A DNA stretch of 64,000 bases from a virus: the IMG/VR virus record IMGVR_UViG_3300043429_000130, positions 55,643-119,642 of that record, one strand, 5' to 3'. The position numbers were made by a program, and so were the translations under genes. Every line of letters begins with the position of its first letter. The first letter of the stretch is position 1. Under the pieces are notes generated by a model, which saw nothing but the letters and a program-made list of their open reading frames with translations, made no database searches and had not been told where the DNA came from. Shown in pieces: positions 11,242 to 20,093 of the stretch.

Positions 11242-11769
11242 TTAGTTCAAAAATGCTTTCCCACTAAATGGTGCAGAAAACTTTACTGTTAATGAATTAG
11301 CGTTTATATGCTCCACTTCTCCTATAACTTCTTCATTACTAGAATCTACTATAGAAACAGATGGGTACTTATTTAAGTTGTGTGTAATGTTCCACGTGGA
11401 ACTTGACACGGTCTGATTATGAATATGAGAAAACTTATAACTATCTTGTATAGAAAGATTATCTCTATACGTAAGAGTTATAGTTCTATTTTGTGTATCA
11501 GAAGTAATATCAATTGCTACTACTGTTTTATTAAAAGCCTCCTCTATCTCAGTAATCTGTTCTTGAGATACACTCATCTGATCCCACTGATTACCATCCC
11601 AAGCATATAAAAGATGTAGTGTAGTATCATATACAACAACACCAGCATCACCAGAATTATACCCAGAAGCTAAAGCAATTCTTTCTGCTGTTGTTACAGG
11701 TTGTAACTTAGCATTAAGAATCTGATTTTTGTTAAAATCATAATCTACGTATATCTTCTGTACTGCCAT
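11242..11769 (-). CDS. Putative tail structural protein
   Basis: C-terminal HNQ...TWNITHNLNKYPSV...FSAPFSGKAFLN domain, shared with the neighbouring gene. Confidence 0.65.
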   Translation of the reverse strand: MAVQKIYVDYDFNKNQILNAKLQPVTTAERIALASGYNSGDAGVVVYDTTLHLLYAWDGNQWDQMSVSQEQITEIEEAFNKTVVAIDITSDTQNRTITLTYRDNLSIQDSYKFSHIHNQTVSSSTWNITHNLNKYPSVSIVDSSNEEVIGEVEHINANSLTVKFSAPFSGKAFLN

Positions 11770-12386
11770 TATGATAAGTATGCTCTACCAGCTACGGCTT
11801 GGTTAAATGTAATTGTAACAGTATTATTATCTACATACTGAATAACACCTTGAATATCTACACCTGATAAGTCTTCAGTAGTAATATTAGGTTTAAGTCC
11901 CATACCATGCACAATATTCCATACAGTGGCAGGTGTTTGTTGTGTAAACTCAAATGAGCTATTCTGATTAAAGTTAATAGCTGGGTTTAAGTTAATTCTT
12001 GTTACACAACCACCACTATTTACCTCAATAATATTTTTAGTACCATCACCGTAAGTGTAACCAAAACCTACTTGTTGTGGTGCATCAGCAGATGAAGACT
12101 TATAATAACCAGGACCCCACACATCACTACTTCTATCATATTGTACAGAAGTATCATTTCTATAACTAACTGGTAACCAAGTGGTATAGTTAATATTACT
12201 TTGACACAAAGCTCCTTCATCCTCAATAGCTTGCCAGTCTACAATCTGTTTTCTCATATCAATAAGATCATCATTTAAGTCTGGTCTGCATGAGTTAATA
12301 CCATAACGCATCTGTCTGTACACTCTATTAAGAGAGTCAGCAAACTCTTTATAGTACTTTTCTTTTTTAGGAAGGAGGGTTCTCAT
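11769..12386 (-). CDS. Putative tail hub/structural protein
   Basis: C-terminal FTQ..PATVWNIVHGMG...FNQAVAGRAYLS domain, paralogous to 11242..11769. TAATG coupling with the next gene. Confidence 0.6.
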   Translation of the reverse strand: MRTLLPKKEKYYKEFADSLNRVYRQMRYGINSCRPDLNDDLIDMRKQIVDWQAIEDEGALCQSNINYTTWLPVSYRNDTSVQYDRSSDVWGPGYYKSSSADAPQQVGFGYTYGDGTKNIIEVNSGGCVTRINLNPAINFNQNSSFEFTQQTPATVWNIVHGMGLKPNITTEDLSGVDIQGVIQYVDNNTVTITFNQAVAGRAYLS

Positions 12387-12549
12387 TTTGAGTTTCTGTT
12401 TTAGTATTTAAAGCAGCCATTAAAGCTTGTGCATTAATCTGAATCTCATAAGATGAAATACAGTTAGCACATACTCTTGTTCCGTTAGATGCTATTCTGT
12501 CTTGGCATCCACAAGTAATAGTAGTTCCGCAATTTGTACAAGTTCTCAT
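12367..12549 (-). CDS. Small Cys-rich protein
   Basis: CTNCG..ITCGCQ...VCANC pattern. AAAACCAAC leader before the ATG. Confidence 0.6.
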   Translation of the reverse strand: MRTCTNCGTTITCGCQDRIASNGTRVCANCISSYEIQINAQALMAALNTKTETQNENPPS

Positions 12550-12577
12550 ATATGTTGGTTTTTATGAAATCTTTATT

Positions 12578-13123
12578 CTAAGCACACTCTGAAGCGTACT
12601 TGTTTAGCTTCTTCTGAGCATACATCAATAGTTCCATACCAGCAGATGGTTCATGACAATACTCAACTTTAGCTTTAGCTGCGTCAATAAAACTTTTAAT
12701 AAGACGTAGCTCTTCTAGTTTATCTTTAACATCAGCATCTGGTTCACAGGCTGACATTTCTAGATCACAAAGTAAGTTAAAATATTTATTAGTTGTTTGT
12801 GTTGTGCGTAAATGATTATATTCTACGAACACATTTGTATTAGGACTAACAGAATAGTTAATCACATAAATACCATCAGGTAAAGGCTGAGAGGCTTCTG
12901 TACAAGAAGTACGTTGTAAACCTAAACTACATGCGTTTAGAACGATGTTAAAGTTAGGTAACACCTCAATACCTACAGGTAGATTAAACCCGGGAGAAGT
13001 AATTCTTAATGCTCCACAGTCTACAGGCAGACCATCTGCGTAGATACTAGTGTCAAAAAGACGTAAAACCTTGATATTGTTGGTATCAGGCAGCTCTAAA
13101 CTTAGCTGGTGTTTGCTTGCCAT
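12578..13123 (-). CDS. Putative crAss-like tail hub protein
   Basis: 181 aa with LPDGIYVINYSVSP motif. Position after the capsid block matches crAss-like gene order. Confidence 0.55.
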   Translation of the reverse strand: MASKHQLSLELPDTNNIKVLRLFDTSIYADGLPVDCGALRITSPGFNLPVGIEVLPNFNIVLNACSLGLQRTSCTEASQPLPDGIYVINYSVSPNTNVFVEYNHLRTTQTTNKYFNLLCDLEMSACEPDADVKDKLEELRLIKSFIDAAKAKVEYCHEPSAGMELLMYAQKKLNKYASECA

Positions 13124-13171
13124 AATAATAAACTTTAAATATTTATATAGATTGGAGAATACAAGTTCTCA

Positions 13172-13183
13172 ATAATAATATAC
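13172..13183 (-). promoter_or_regulatory. Putative late promoter GTATATTATTAT
   Basis: The same motif occurs upstream of four minus-strand gene blocks (13172, 20013, 30377, 58868). Confidence 0.55.
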
Positions 13184-13203
13184 TAATTTTTTGGGACATG
13201 TCC

Positions 13204-13240
13204 AAAAAACAAAAAGGGAGGGACGTGTGTCCTCTCCCTT
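13204..13240 (-). terminator. Intrinsic terminator
   Basis: AAGGGAGAGGAC-ACAC-GTCCCTCCCTT followed by a T-tract, after 13265..14611. Confidence 0.8.
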
Positions 13241-13264
13241 AGTGTTTAGATATTCTTAATATCC

Positions 13265-14611
13265 TTATACAGTCTCTAAAGATACTGCGTTACCAGCCGC
13301 ACTTGCACTTGCTGCAATGAAGTTAGTAATTGAGTCAGTGTTAGTACCAGCAGGTACGTGAACCACGATCAAATACTGATCATTATCAAAAGTACTAGTA
13401 GGGTTGTTAAAACGTGGAACGTTGTGTAAGATCAATACTTGATCATACAAACCGCTACGGTTAACAGTTGCCAAAGCTGGATCAGCTTCAATCTCACGCA
13501 TACGTAAGCTATCTACACGAGAGCTATCAGGATATGCATGCTGTAAGTAACGACCATCTAAGATCAACTCACGTAATACAGTTTCACCAACACCAGATGC
13601 TTGCTTAGGAGCTTTTGTTTCTGATACAGTGATACATTCTACTTTACAAGGCTCACCAGACTCGTCTACTACAGAAGCGTAGATAAACAAAGGCTCAAGA
13701 TCATACTTGTCAGTAGGAGTGAACGTACAGTTACCAAAAGTTGTGTCTACATAAGCAGCAACAATATCCAAGTGAGAGTTTACAGATCCCAAGCTAGAAG
13801 TAGCAGGAGTGTAACCAGCAGTAGTTTGTGCAGTAAATACTGCAGCATTACCGTTTGTAGAGCTAACTGCAGCAACAGAAAGAACTACGTTTGCATTACC
13901 AGAAGACGCTGAGTCAGCAGCACCAACACTTACAACAATGCTATTAGGAGCTAAAGAAGCATGAACTACTTTTTCACCAACTTGGAAAAGAGCAGCATCA
14001 GCGTTTGCTACAGCAATAGTTGCAGAACCTGAAGTAGGATCAATAGCTACAGAAGCTGTAGTTTCTAACCATACTTTAGCTTGAACGAAATCTTTCAACA
14101 AAGGAGCTTCGTTGATCTGATCAGCCCATTTCAAAAGAGCCACAGTGTGATCAATTGCAGCATTGTTTACATCACAGCATCCTGTGTAAGCATCCAATGT
14201 TTTGTACAACTGGTGGTTCAAGAAACGGAGAGCAGGAGAACCTTTAACATCAAGACGTAGACGGATAGTGCTGTCACAAGCAAGACCTGCACAAGCATTA
14301 GCTTCTACTTTGATAATTTGGTTCTGAGCTACATCAGAAGTCACCTTGATAAGGCGGCTGATGTACTTAGGGTTGATAGCTTTAGACTTCTTAGACTCTT
14401 TGTAACCACCGTGAACGGGGCCAATTTTGTCTGAAGCAAAACGACTACCTTCAGCTAAGATAAATGGAGCAGCTTGTGCAGAAACTACTTGGAAAGTCTT
14501 GGCATCAAAGAAACCAATCTGTCCAGCAGTCAAAGCAGCAGTTGATCCTGAGCTAGCAAGAGTTGTGCTAGCAGGCAAGAATGACTTGCGGAATGCATTA
14601 GGAAAATACAT
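13265..14611 (-). CDS. Conserved crAss-like structural protein (probable auxiliary capsid protein)
   Basis: 448 aa with biased, high-expression-type codons. Leader nearly identical to that of the MCP gene. Position downstream of the MCP and ring genes. Confidence 0.6.
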   Translation of the reverse strand: MYFPNAFRKSFLPASTTLASSGSTAALTAGQIGFFDAKTFQVVSAQAAPFILAEGSRFASDKIGPVHGGYKESKKSKAINPKYISRLIKVTSDVAQNQIIKVEANACAGLACDSTIRLRLDVKGSPALRFLNHQLYKTLDAYTGCCDVNNAAIDHTVALLKWADQINEAPLLKDFVQAKVWLETTASVAIDPTSGSATIAVANADAALFQVGEKVVHASLAPNSIVVSVGAADSASSGNANVVLSVAAVSSTNGNAAVFTAQTTAGYTPATSSLGSVNSHLDIVAAYVDTTFGNCTFTPTDKYDLEPLFIYASVVDESGEPCKVECITVSETKAPKQASGVGETVLRELILDGRYLQHAYPDSSRVDSLRMREIEADPALATVNRSGLYDQVLILHNVPRFNNPTSTFDNDQYLIVVHVPAGTNTDSITNFIAASASAAGNAVSLETV

Positions 14612-14654
14612 AGGGCTTTAATTTAAAGGGTTATAAATAAATAAAAAACAAATT

Positions 14655-15068
14655 TTAACTTAAAAACATTAACTTATACTTGGTTGCAGAGATTAAACTT
14701 TTCACCTCATCTAGTTGGTTTGTTACTTCTGAGAAAGGCATAATCTTTTGTAACTCAACAACTTCTGTATATAGTTCTTTCATGTGAGAGATTGCTTCCT
14801 GTACAGATCCGCACTTATACGGTGTTACTGTTGGAAAGTCTAGAAGCTTCTCACGAGCTCCTTGATACTGTTCTGCAACAGCATCTACTAAATCTGGCAT
14901 TCCATCATAAAACTCATTAAGAGCTTTATGTACTGAAAAAGAACCAGGTCCAGTAATCTTTAAATGCAACTGGTGCATACTTGTTGTAAGAGCTTGAGCA
15001 TGAGCCAACATTGCTGCTGTTTCCATGCAAGGTCCCATAGGTCCAGGTCTTTGTAACTTCTGTATCAT
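14655..15068 (-). CDS. Ferritin/Dps-like four-helix protein
   Basis: HQLHLKITGPGSFSVHKALNEFY...DAVAEQYQG resembles the Dps ferroxidase helices (H..HW...G..F..LH......D..AE). Confidence 0.7.
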   Translation of the reverse strand: MIQKLQRPGPMGPCMETAAMLAHAQALTTSMHQLHLKITGPGSFSVHKALNEFYDGMPDLVDAVAEQYQGAREKLLDFPTVTPYKCGSVQEAISHMKELYTEVVELQKIMPFSEVTNQLDEVKSLISATKYKLMFLS

Positions 15069-15772
15069 TAACTATTTCTTTGTGCGTTTTGTACTTCTCT
15101 CTGATACTGGTTCATAGACTCTATATCACCTGCTAAAATAGCAGCAGCTTCGTCTACTAAAATCTCACAAATGTCATCCTTTAACTCACACTCTACATTA
15201 GTTGTATACGTTTGTCCTGTAGAAATGTTACTACAACCTAAGATTTGAATATCTTTTGGCTTTCTATAGTATACAAGCTTAGTATCATGTACAGTAAATA
15301 AACCGTTTGTATAGATTCTAATCTTATCTCCAAATATTGTACAGAAAGTTTCAGCCCATTCAAAAGAAGGTGACTTAAAACTATCTGCTAATAAAATGTC
15401 AACGTTAGCTTCTTCAGCTTGGTATACAGTAGACAAAACTCTTTTTGGGCAGCAGTCATTCTTTATATTAGCACTAACTCTTACAAAATGTAAATAGTTA
15501 GCTGGAATAGCAACTGTTTCAAAAAACTTTGGCTTCTCATCACCTCTTAAGTCAACCTCATTTAGTAATATCTGAAGATCATCAACAACTGTTACACTCT
15601 GTTCTGAAGACTCTTTAAGAGCATTTAACCCATGAAGACGTCTACGTACCCATTCAAGTTGAGCCTTATTAAAAGCCTCTTGGATCATCCAACACTCAAT
15701 GTTGTCATAATCAAAAGAGCCAAGCTTATTAAGCCTCTGCTTTATCTTTATCTGTAACAGGTTGTTGTTCAT
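15068..15772 (-). CDS. crAss-like ring/neck (head-tail) protein
   Basis: 234 aa with FNKAQLEWV and YYRKP motifs. Syntenic with crAss-like ring protein genes. Confidence 0.6.
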   Translation of the reverse strand: MNNNLLQIKIKQRLNKLGSFDYDNIECWMIQEAFNKAQLEWVRRRLHGLNALKESSEQSVTVVDDLQILLNEVDLRGDEKPKFFETVAIPANYLHFVRVSANIKNDCCPKRVLSTVYQAEEANVDILLADSFKSPSFEWAETFCTIFGDKIRIYTNGLFTVHDTKLVYYRKPKDIQILGCSNISTGQTYTTNVECELKDDICEILVDEAAAILAGDIESMNQYQREVQNAQRNS

Positions 15773-15825
15773 ATTTTATAAAGACCTGGGTGCTGTTCTT
15801 AAGGGAAGCAACCCAGGTACTGTTT

Positions 15826-16842
15826 TTACTGGTTCCAGTACTTCTCTACCTTCTTTGTTAAATCTACCAAGATCTCTTCATTCAAAGGGTTCTTTAAGTA
15901 TTCTACACAATCACTAGGAGTACGTCCTAACATTGTTGTAGTTTCCATGTGGTAGATAAACCCGTCAGCCTTAGTTGCAATAAACTTATAATATGTACAG
16001 TCTTTTACAATAGCTCTAATCTTTAATGTTTCCATATCAAGAGTAGCAACATCTAAGAATCTCTGAGCGGTTTTACGCTTATCTTTCTCTACAAGATCAC
16101 CGTTAATATACTTATCCATGTTGTCATAGACAATATCATTTGGTGTAGACTTCTTATACTGAGCACTGTTAGGGTCTAACACTTTTGCTACGTATAGAAG
16201 CTTGTTCTGGTTCTTGTCAAATAACTTCTGAAGTTCAGCTAACGCCTTATTACGCATCTTCTTAACTTCTGTTTGTACTGATGCAGTTTCTTCTAGCTTA
16301 TCTAAATAAAACTTAGGAGGAACTGGCATTCTGCGTGCTTCTTCTAAGCTCTTAGCTACGATTGAGAAACCTCCTGCTTCAATAGCATACAATCTAATTA
16401 GATCATATGGATCTTTATCAGGTTCTAAATACGTTGGCTCGTTACCACATCTAATCTTGATCTTGTCCCAGAAAGCTGAATTATCAGGTTTCATCAACTT
16501 AATCTTATTCCAGAAGTTTTCATCTGTTGGATCTACTACGTTAGCTGCTAGTTCTTTTTCCAACTGTGCAACCACTGCTCTGATCTGCTTAACTTTAGCT
16601 TCTTGATCTTCTGCAGGTAGTCCTTTAACGTCTGGAGAAAACTCATTTAATCCAGTGATGTATCTTACGATACCGTTAATCTCTAGACAAGCTAATTGTT
16701 CCTCGTGGAACGCTCCGTCAAAAAGACTTAATCCGTACTTCTGTAGTCCCATATTATCTACCATTGGATCAAAGAATGGTCTAATAGCAATAGTGGACTT
16801 CTTGTTCTGTGGATACTTCTCCACGATGGTTACTCCGCTCAT
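15826..16842 (-). CDS. Conserved crAss-like protein downstream of MCP
   Basis: 338 aa immediately after the MCP in the conserved crAss-like capsid block. Confidence 0.6.
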   Translation of the reverse strand: MSGVTIVEKYPQNKKSTIAIRPFFDPMVDNMGLQKYGLSLFDGAFHEEQLACLEINGIVRYITGLNEFSPDVKGLPAEDQEAKVKQIRAVVAQLEKELAANVVDPTDENFWNKIKLMKPDNSAFWDKIKIRCGNEPTYLEPDKDPYDLIRLYAIEAGGFSIVAKSLEEARRMPVPPKFYLDKLEETASVQTEVKKMRNKALAELQKLFDKNQNKLLYVAKVLDPNSAQYKKSTPNDIVYDNMDKYINGDLVEKDKRKTAQRFLDVATLDMETLKIRAIVKDCTYYKFIATKADGFIYHMETTTMLGRTPSDCVEYLKNPLNEEILVDLTKKVEKYWNQ

Positions 16843-16901
16843 GTTTGGTTTGTTTGGTTTTTACTATAACTGGTCACAATATATGACCTTTTATATTTAG
16901 A

Positions 16902-16957
16902 ACCTATTGAGAGTTGCAAGCTCCCCATGTGATCATCATGGTATGCGTACAATAGGT
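16902..16957 (-). ncRNA. Small tRNA-mimic-like structured element between MCP and the next gene
   Basis: ACCTATTG/CAATAGGT closing stem, CCATG-ATGATCA-CATGG hairpin (5 bp, 7-nt loop), GGAG-CTTGCAA-CTCT hairpin. Confidence 0.45.
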
Positions 16958-17038
16958 GGCCTGCAGAGACTATCTACAGGGTGGCACTGTTGTACCTTTT
17001 GGCAGGGGATTTTAACCCCCTGCCTCAGATACTATTTT

Positions 17039-18658
17039 TTAGAATGATCCTCCAGTAACTGGGTTTCTCATAACAATCTTCAACACCTTGGTTGGGTCTT
17101 TAACCCAGATAGCTGGCATTGTTTGTGTCATGAATACACGGTAACCGTTGAACTGTCCAGAAGACTGGAAGCCTTGAGTACGACCCATGTAGTCCATTGT
17201 ACCGTTTTGGTAGAACCACTTCAATTGATTATCCCAAGATAACTTCAACAAGAAGATGTTGTCGTTAGTATTCTCAGTAATATCAAAGATAATGAAATTA
17301 TAAGAAGATAGAGGGAAACCATCAATGATTGGGTTCTCAATATCATTAGTGTGGATGTTATCAAACGCTGGGTTCAATACAAACTTAACGTTAGCCAAGA
17401 ACGGAATAACGTATTGAGTGTATGCAAAACCAAAGTTTAGATCCATACCTTTACCAGTGATAGCTCCTACTTCTGATGCATTGATTACCAAGCCAGAGTT
17501 AATAGCTTCACGCTTAATAGCCTCGTTAACAAGCTTCATACCACCAAGTCCAGTTTGTACAACCAACTCACGCTTAGGATCTGGACCTTGGAACTCAACT
17601 TTACCATTAAAGAAGTTGAAGATCTCAGACTTAAACAAGTCTAGGTTGAATGAACCTTTGTTGTAAATACGCTTGTAAGAGTTATCAAGCTGCTTCCAAA
17701 GACCTACAGATAGACGGATATCATCTGGACCATCTTGCTTAACTTTACCACCTTGACCCCACATTAAGTAAGTTTCAATGTCGTTAGCAATCTTAGTCAA
17801 ATGAGCTGCTTCCATAGAAGTTAAGAATGTACGAGTAAGCTGTCCTGATTCGTAAGCTTTCTTTACATAATCTTTACCCATTTTAGAAGCCATTGTCTCT
17901 AAAGAAGAAACAGAAGGATCAACATTCTTGTCAAAGTTTCTCCACATTTCAATAACTGGAACTGTACCGTCAGCTTTCATACCACCTTTCATCATTAAGT
18001 CAGCTCTAGAGCTTACAGAATAATGAACGTGAGCTTCAGCACCACCTACATAGTTGTAGAATTCACGGAATCCAGCGTTGATGTTACCAATGTCAGAGAA
18101 TCTTTCACCGTACTCACCACGAGCAGAACCTTTACGGAACACCTTAGTACCAACTTTCAAGTACTTGTTATCCAAATACTTAGCATTGTCGTTGTTTACT
18201 AACTGTACAGTGTAGATGAAACCGTCACCAGCTGGGATAATATCGTCAGCAGTGATGTACATTTCAACACCATTGTACTTGTCATAAGTGATGATATCAC
18301 CATGACCAAAAGAACGCTTATTAATTTTAATCTTGAAGGTCTGACCATCAATACCTTTAGTGGCATTAGCTGATTCAATATCTTCTGTAATGTATGGAAG
18401 ATCCTGCGTTACTGGAATCTGCCACTTGTACTCACCACGTGCGTTATCTACAGAGATAACGTTCTTACCGCCAAAGCTAGACATCTGGTACAAAGGCATT
18501 TCTACTTTTTGTGCCATAGCCCATAAATCCACAGGACCTAAATCAGTAGGTTCTGCTGACTTCAGCAAGTTTGAAAGGTGGTAGCTGTCTACGTGCGAGC
18601 TAGTCTGATAGCTGGTATCTCGTAGAAATATACCATTGTTCAAAACTGGAGTTGCCAT
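17039..18658 (-). CDS. Major capsid protein (crAss-like)
   Basis: 539 aa with biased codons. Order TerL-portal-acidic protein-MCP matches crAss-like phages. C-terminal IWVKDPTKVLKI. Confidence 0.85.
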   Translation of the reverse strand: MATPVLNNGIFLRDTSYQTSSHVDSYHLSNLLKSAEPTDLGPVDLWAMAQKVEMPLYQMSSFGGKNVISVDNARGEYKWQIPVTQDLPYITEDIESANATKGIDGQTFKIKINKRSFGHGDIITYDKYNGVEMYITADDIIPAGDGFIYTVQLVNNDNAKYLDNKYLKVGTKVFRKGSARGEYGERFSDIGNINAGFREFYNYVGGAEAHVHYSVSSRADLMMKGGMKADGTVPVIEMWRNFDKNVDPSVSSLETMASKMGKDYVKKAYESGQLTRTFLTSMEAAHLTKIANDIETYLMWGQGGKVKQDGPDDIRLSVGLWKQLDNSYKRIYNKGSFNLDLFKSEIFNFFNGKVEFQGPDPKRELVVQTGLGGMKLVNEAIKREAINSGLVINASEVGAITGKGMDLNFGFAYTQYVIPFLANVKFVLNPAFDNIHTNDIENPIIDGFPLSSYNFIIFDITENTNDNIFLLKLSWDNQLKWFYQNGTMDYMGRTQGFQSSGQFNGYRVFMTQTMPAIWVKDPTKVLKIVMRNPVTGGSF

Positions 18659-18705
18659 AAGGCTTTTAAATTTAAAGGGTTAATAATAAAATAAGTTAAT
18701 GTAAA

Positions 18706-19983
18706 TTAGCGTTTAAATATGTTTGTAGGTCTAGCAATTTTTCTAGATCTACTTTCATCTTCTTCCTGATAAGTAGAAACATTCTTACGAGCTTGTTCAG
18801 TTTTTAACTGTCTCACTGTTTGTTCTACTGCTTGGTTCTTCCCTTGCTTTACAAGGTTCTGACGGTATTCTTCAGGATTAGATAGTAACCAGAGTGCTTC
18901 AGCAATCAGTGGATAATTTGGCTCTACAAACTGATACTTCTCTAAAAGATGACCTAACTGGTTAGTTGGTCTTCCACTAATAGAAGGATAGTTTGGTTGA
19001 ACTAGTCCACTATATAACTGAGCTTGAGTCTTTTTATCCAACTTAAGTCCGTTGATCTCTGCTGGTCTAAGGGCTTCAAATACATTTTTCATGTAAGCAT
19101 CTGCCGCTTGTTCCTGTTGCATCTTTCTACTTTCTTGTTCAGCAAGTTGAGCTTGTACATACTCTTCTTGCATCTGATCCAACTTAGGCTTGAACTGCTT
19201 GGCTTTTTTCTCTAGTACTCCTAGATCTTTCCAAGTAGTAAGTTCTTCTTCAATCTCCTCTTCTGAACCAAAACCGGTAGCTTGTAAATAACTTTTTACA
19301 ATACCTTCTTGGTCATACTCATTAGTAGGATCAAGTTGACGAACTTGTTCAACTTGAGCTAGAGCTTGGAAAAGACCTTTTAAGTCTTGTCCTCCATCTG
19401 CTACGTACTTAGCTGCATATTGCAACTCTTCTGGTAATGATTCAAAGAACTCTTGAGGAGTCTTAGCAGCAACTTCTTGTTTTAAGTTATCAATGTTGGC
19501 TTGCCATAGCTCCTCAACATCTTTCTCTCCAAGACTACCTAAGTAATCTTCTAAAGACTGCTTGTTCTCATCATAGTCATCAAAGGCAAACATTTCCTTT
19601 GACTCAATACGTTTTTTAAGAAACTCAACTAAGCCAGACTTTTCTGTCTTAGGTCTTCCACCTTTAGATTTACCAGATTGATCATCATCATCATTATCTT
19701 GGTTATCATCCACAAGGTTATCAATAAAGTCTTTAGCTGCTGCTGGATCAATCTTCTTATCATCAGCTGGATCTTTATCATCCGTATCATCACTATCATC
19801 TTCATCATCTAAAAAGCTTGTGTCAAACTTTCCTTGACTAAAGATGTTTGGTTTTTGATCTTTCTTATCATCAGTTCCTGTAGGAGTTACAATGCTATCT
19901 GCACCTGGTGCTCCTAACCAACTATCAATATCAAGATCTACTTGTTGTACAGAAGTCTGCACACTGGTTTGATTATCAGTCAT
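18706..19983 (-). CDS. Acidic coiled-coil protein between portal and MCP (putative scaffold/assembly protein)
   Basis: D/E-rich N-terminus and coiled-coil C-terminus. Conserved crAss-like position. Confidence 0.65.
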   Translation of the reverse strand: MTDNQTSVQTSVQQVDLDIDSWLGAPGADSIVTPTGTDDKKDQKPNIFSQGKFDTSFLDDEDDSDDTDDKDPADDKKIDPAAAKDFIDNLVDDNQDNDDDDQSGKSKGGRPKTEKSGLVEFLKKRIESKEMFAFDDYDENKQSLEDYLGSLGEKDVEELWQANIDNLKQEVAAKTPQEFFESLPEELQYAAKYVADGGQDLKGLFQALAQVEQVRQLDPTNEYDQEGIVKSYLQATGFGSEEEIEEELTTWKDLGVLEKKAKQFKPKLDQMQEEYVQAQLAEQESRKMQQEQAADAYMKNVFEALRPAEINGLKLDKKTQAQLYSGLVQPNYPSISGRPTNQLGHLLEKYQFVEPNYPLIAEALWLLSNPEEYRQNLVKQGKNQAVEQTVRQLKTEQARKNVSTYQEEDESRSRKIARPTNIFKR

Positions 19984-20012
19984 TTTTTGTTTGGTTTTAT
20001 GTGTATCTCTAC

Positions 20013-20025
20013 ATAATTAATATAC
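20013..20025 (-). promoter_or_regulatory. Putative late promoter GTATATTAATTAT
   Basis: Variant of the repeated motif, followed by GTAG as at 58868. Confidence 0.5.
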
Positions 20026-20093
20026 AACTTAAATCTTAAAAATTTACTTTTACCGTAAAAATATCATCTAAGGTGCGGATAATAGAGCTATAA

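Noticed and set aside
17001-17024. Intrinsic terminator after MCP
   Set aside because: On the coding (minus) strand the hairpin is followed by AAAA rather than a U-tract, so it is treated as a stability or processing hairpin.
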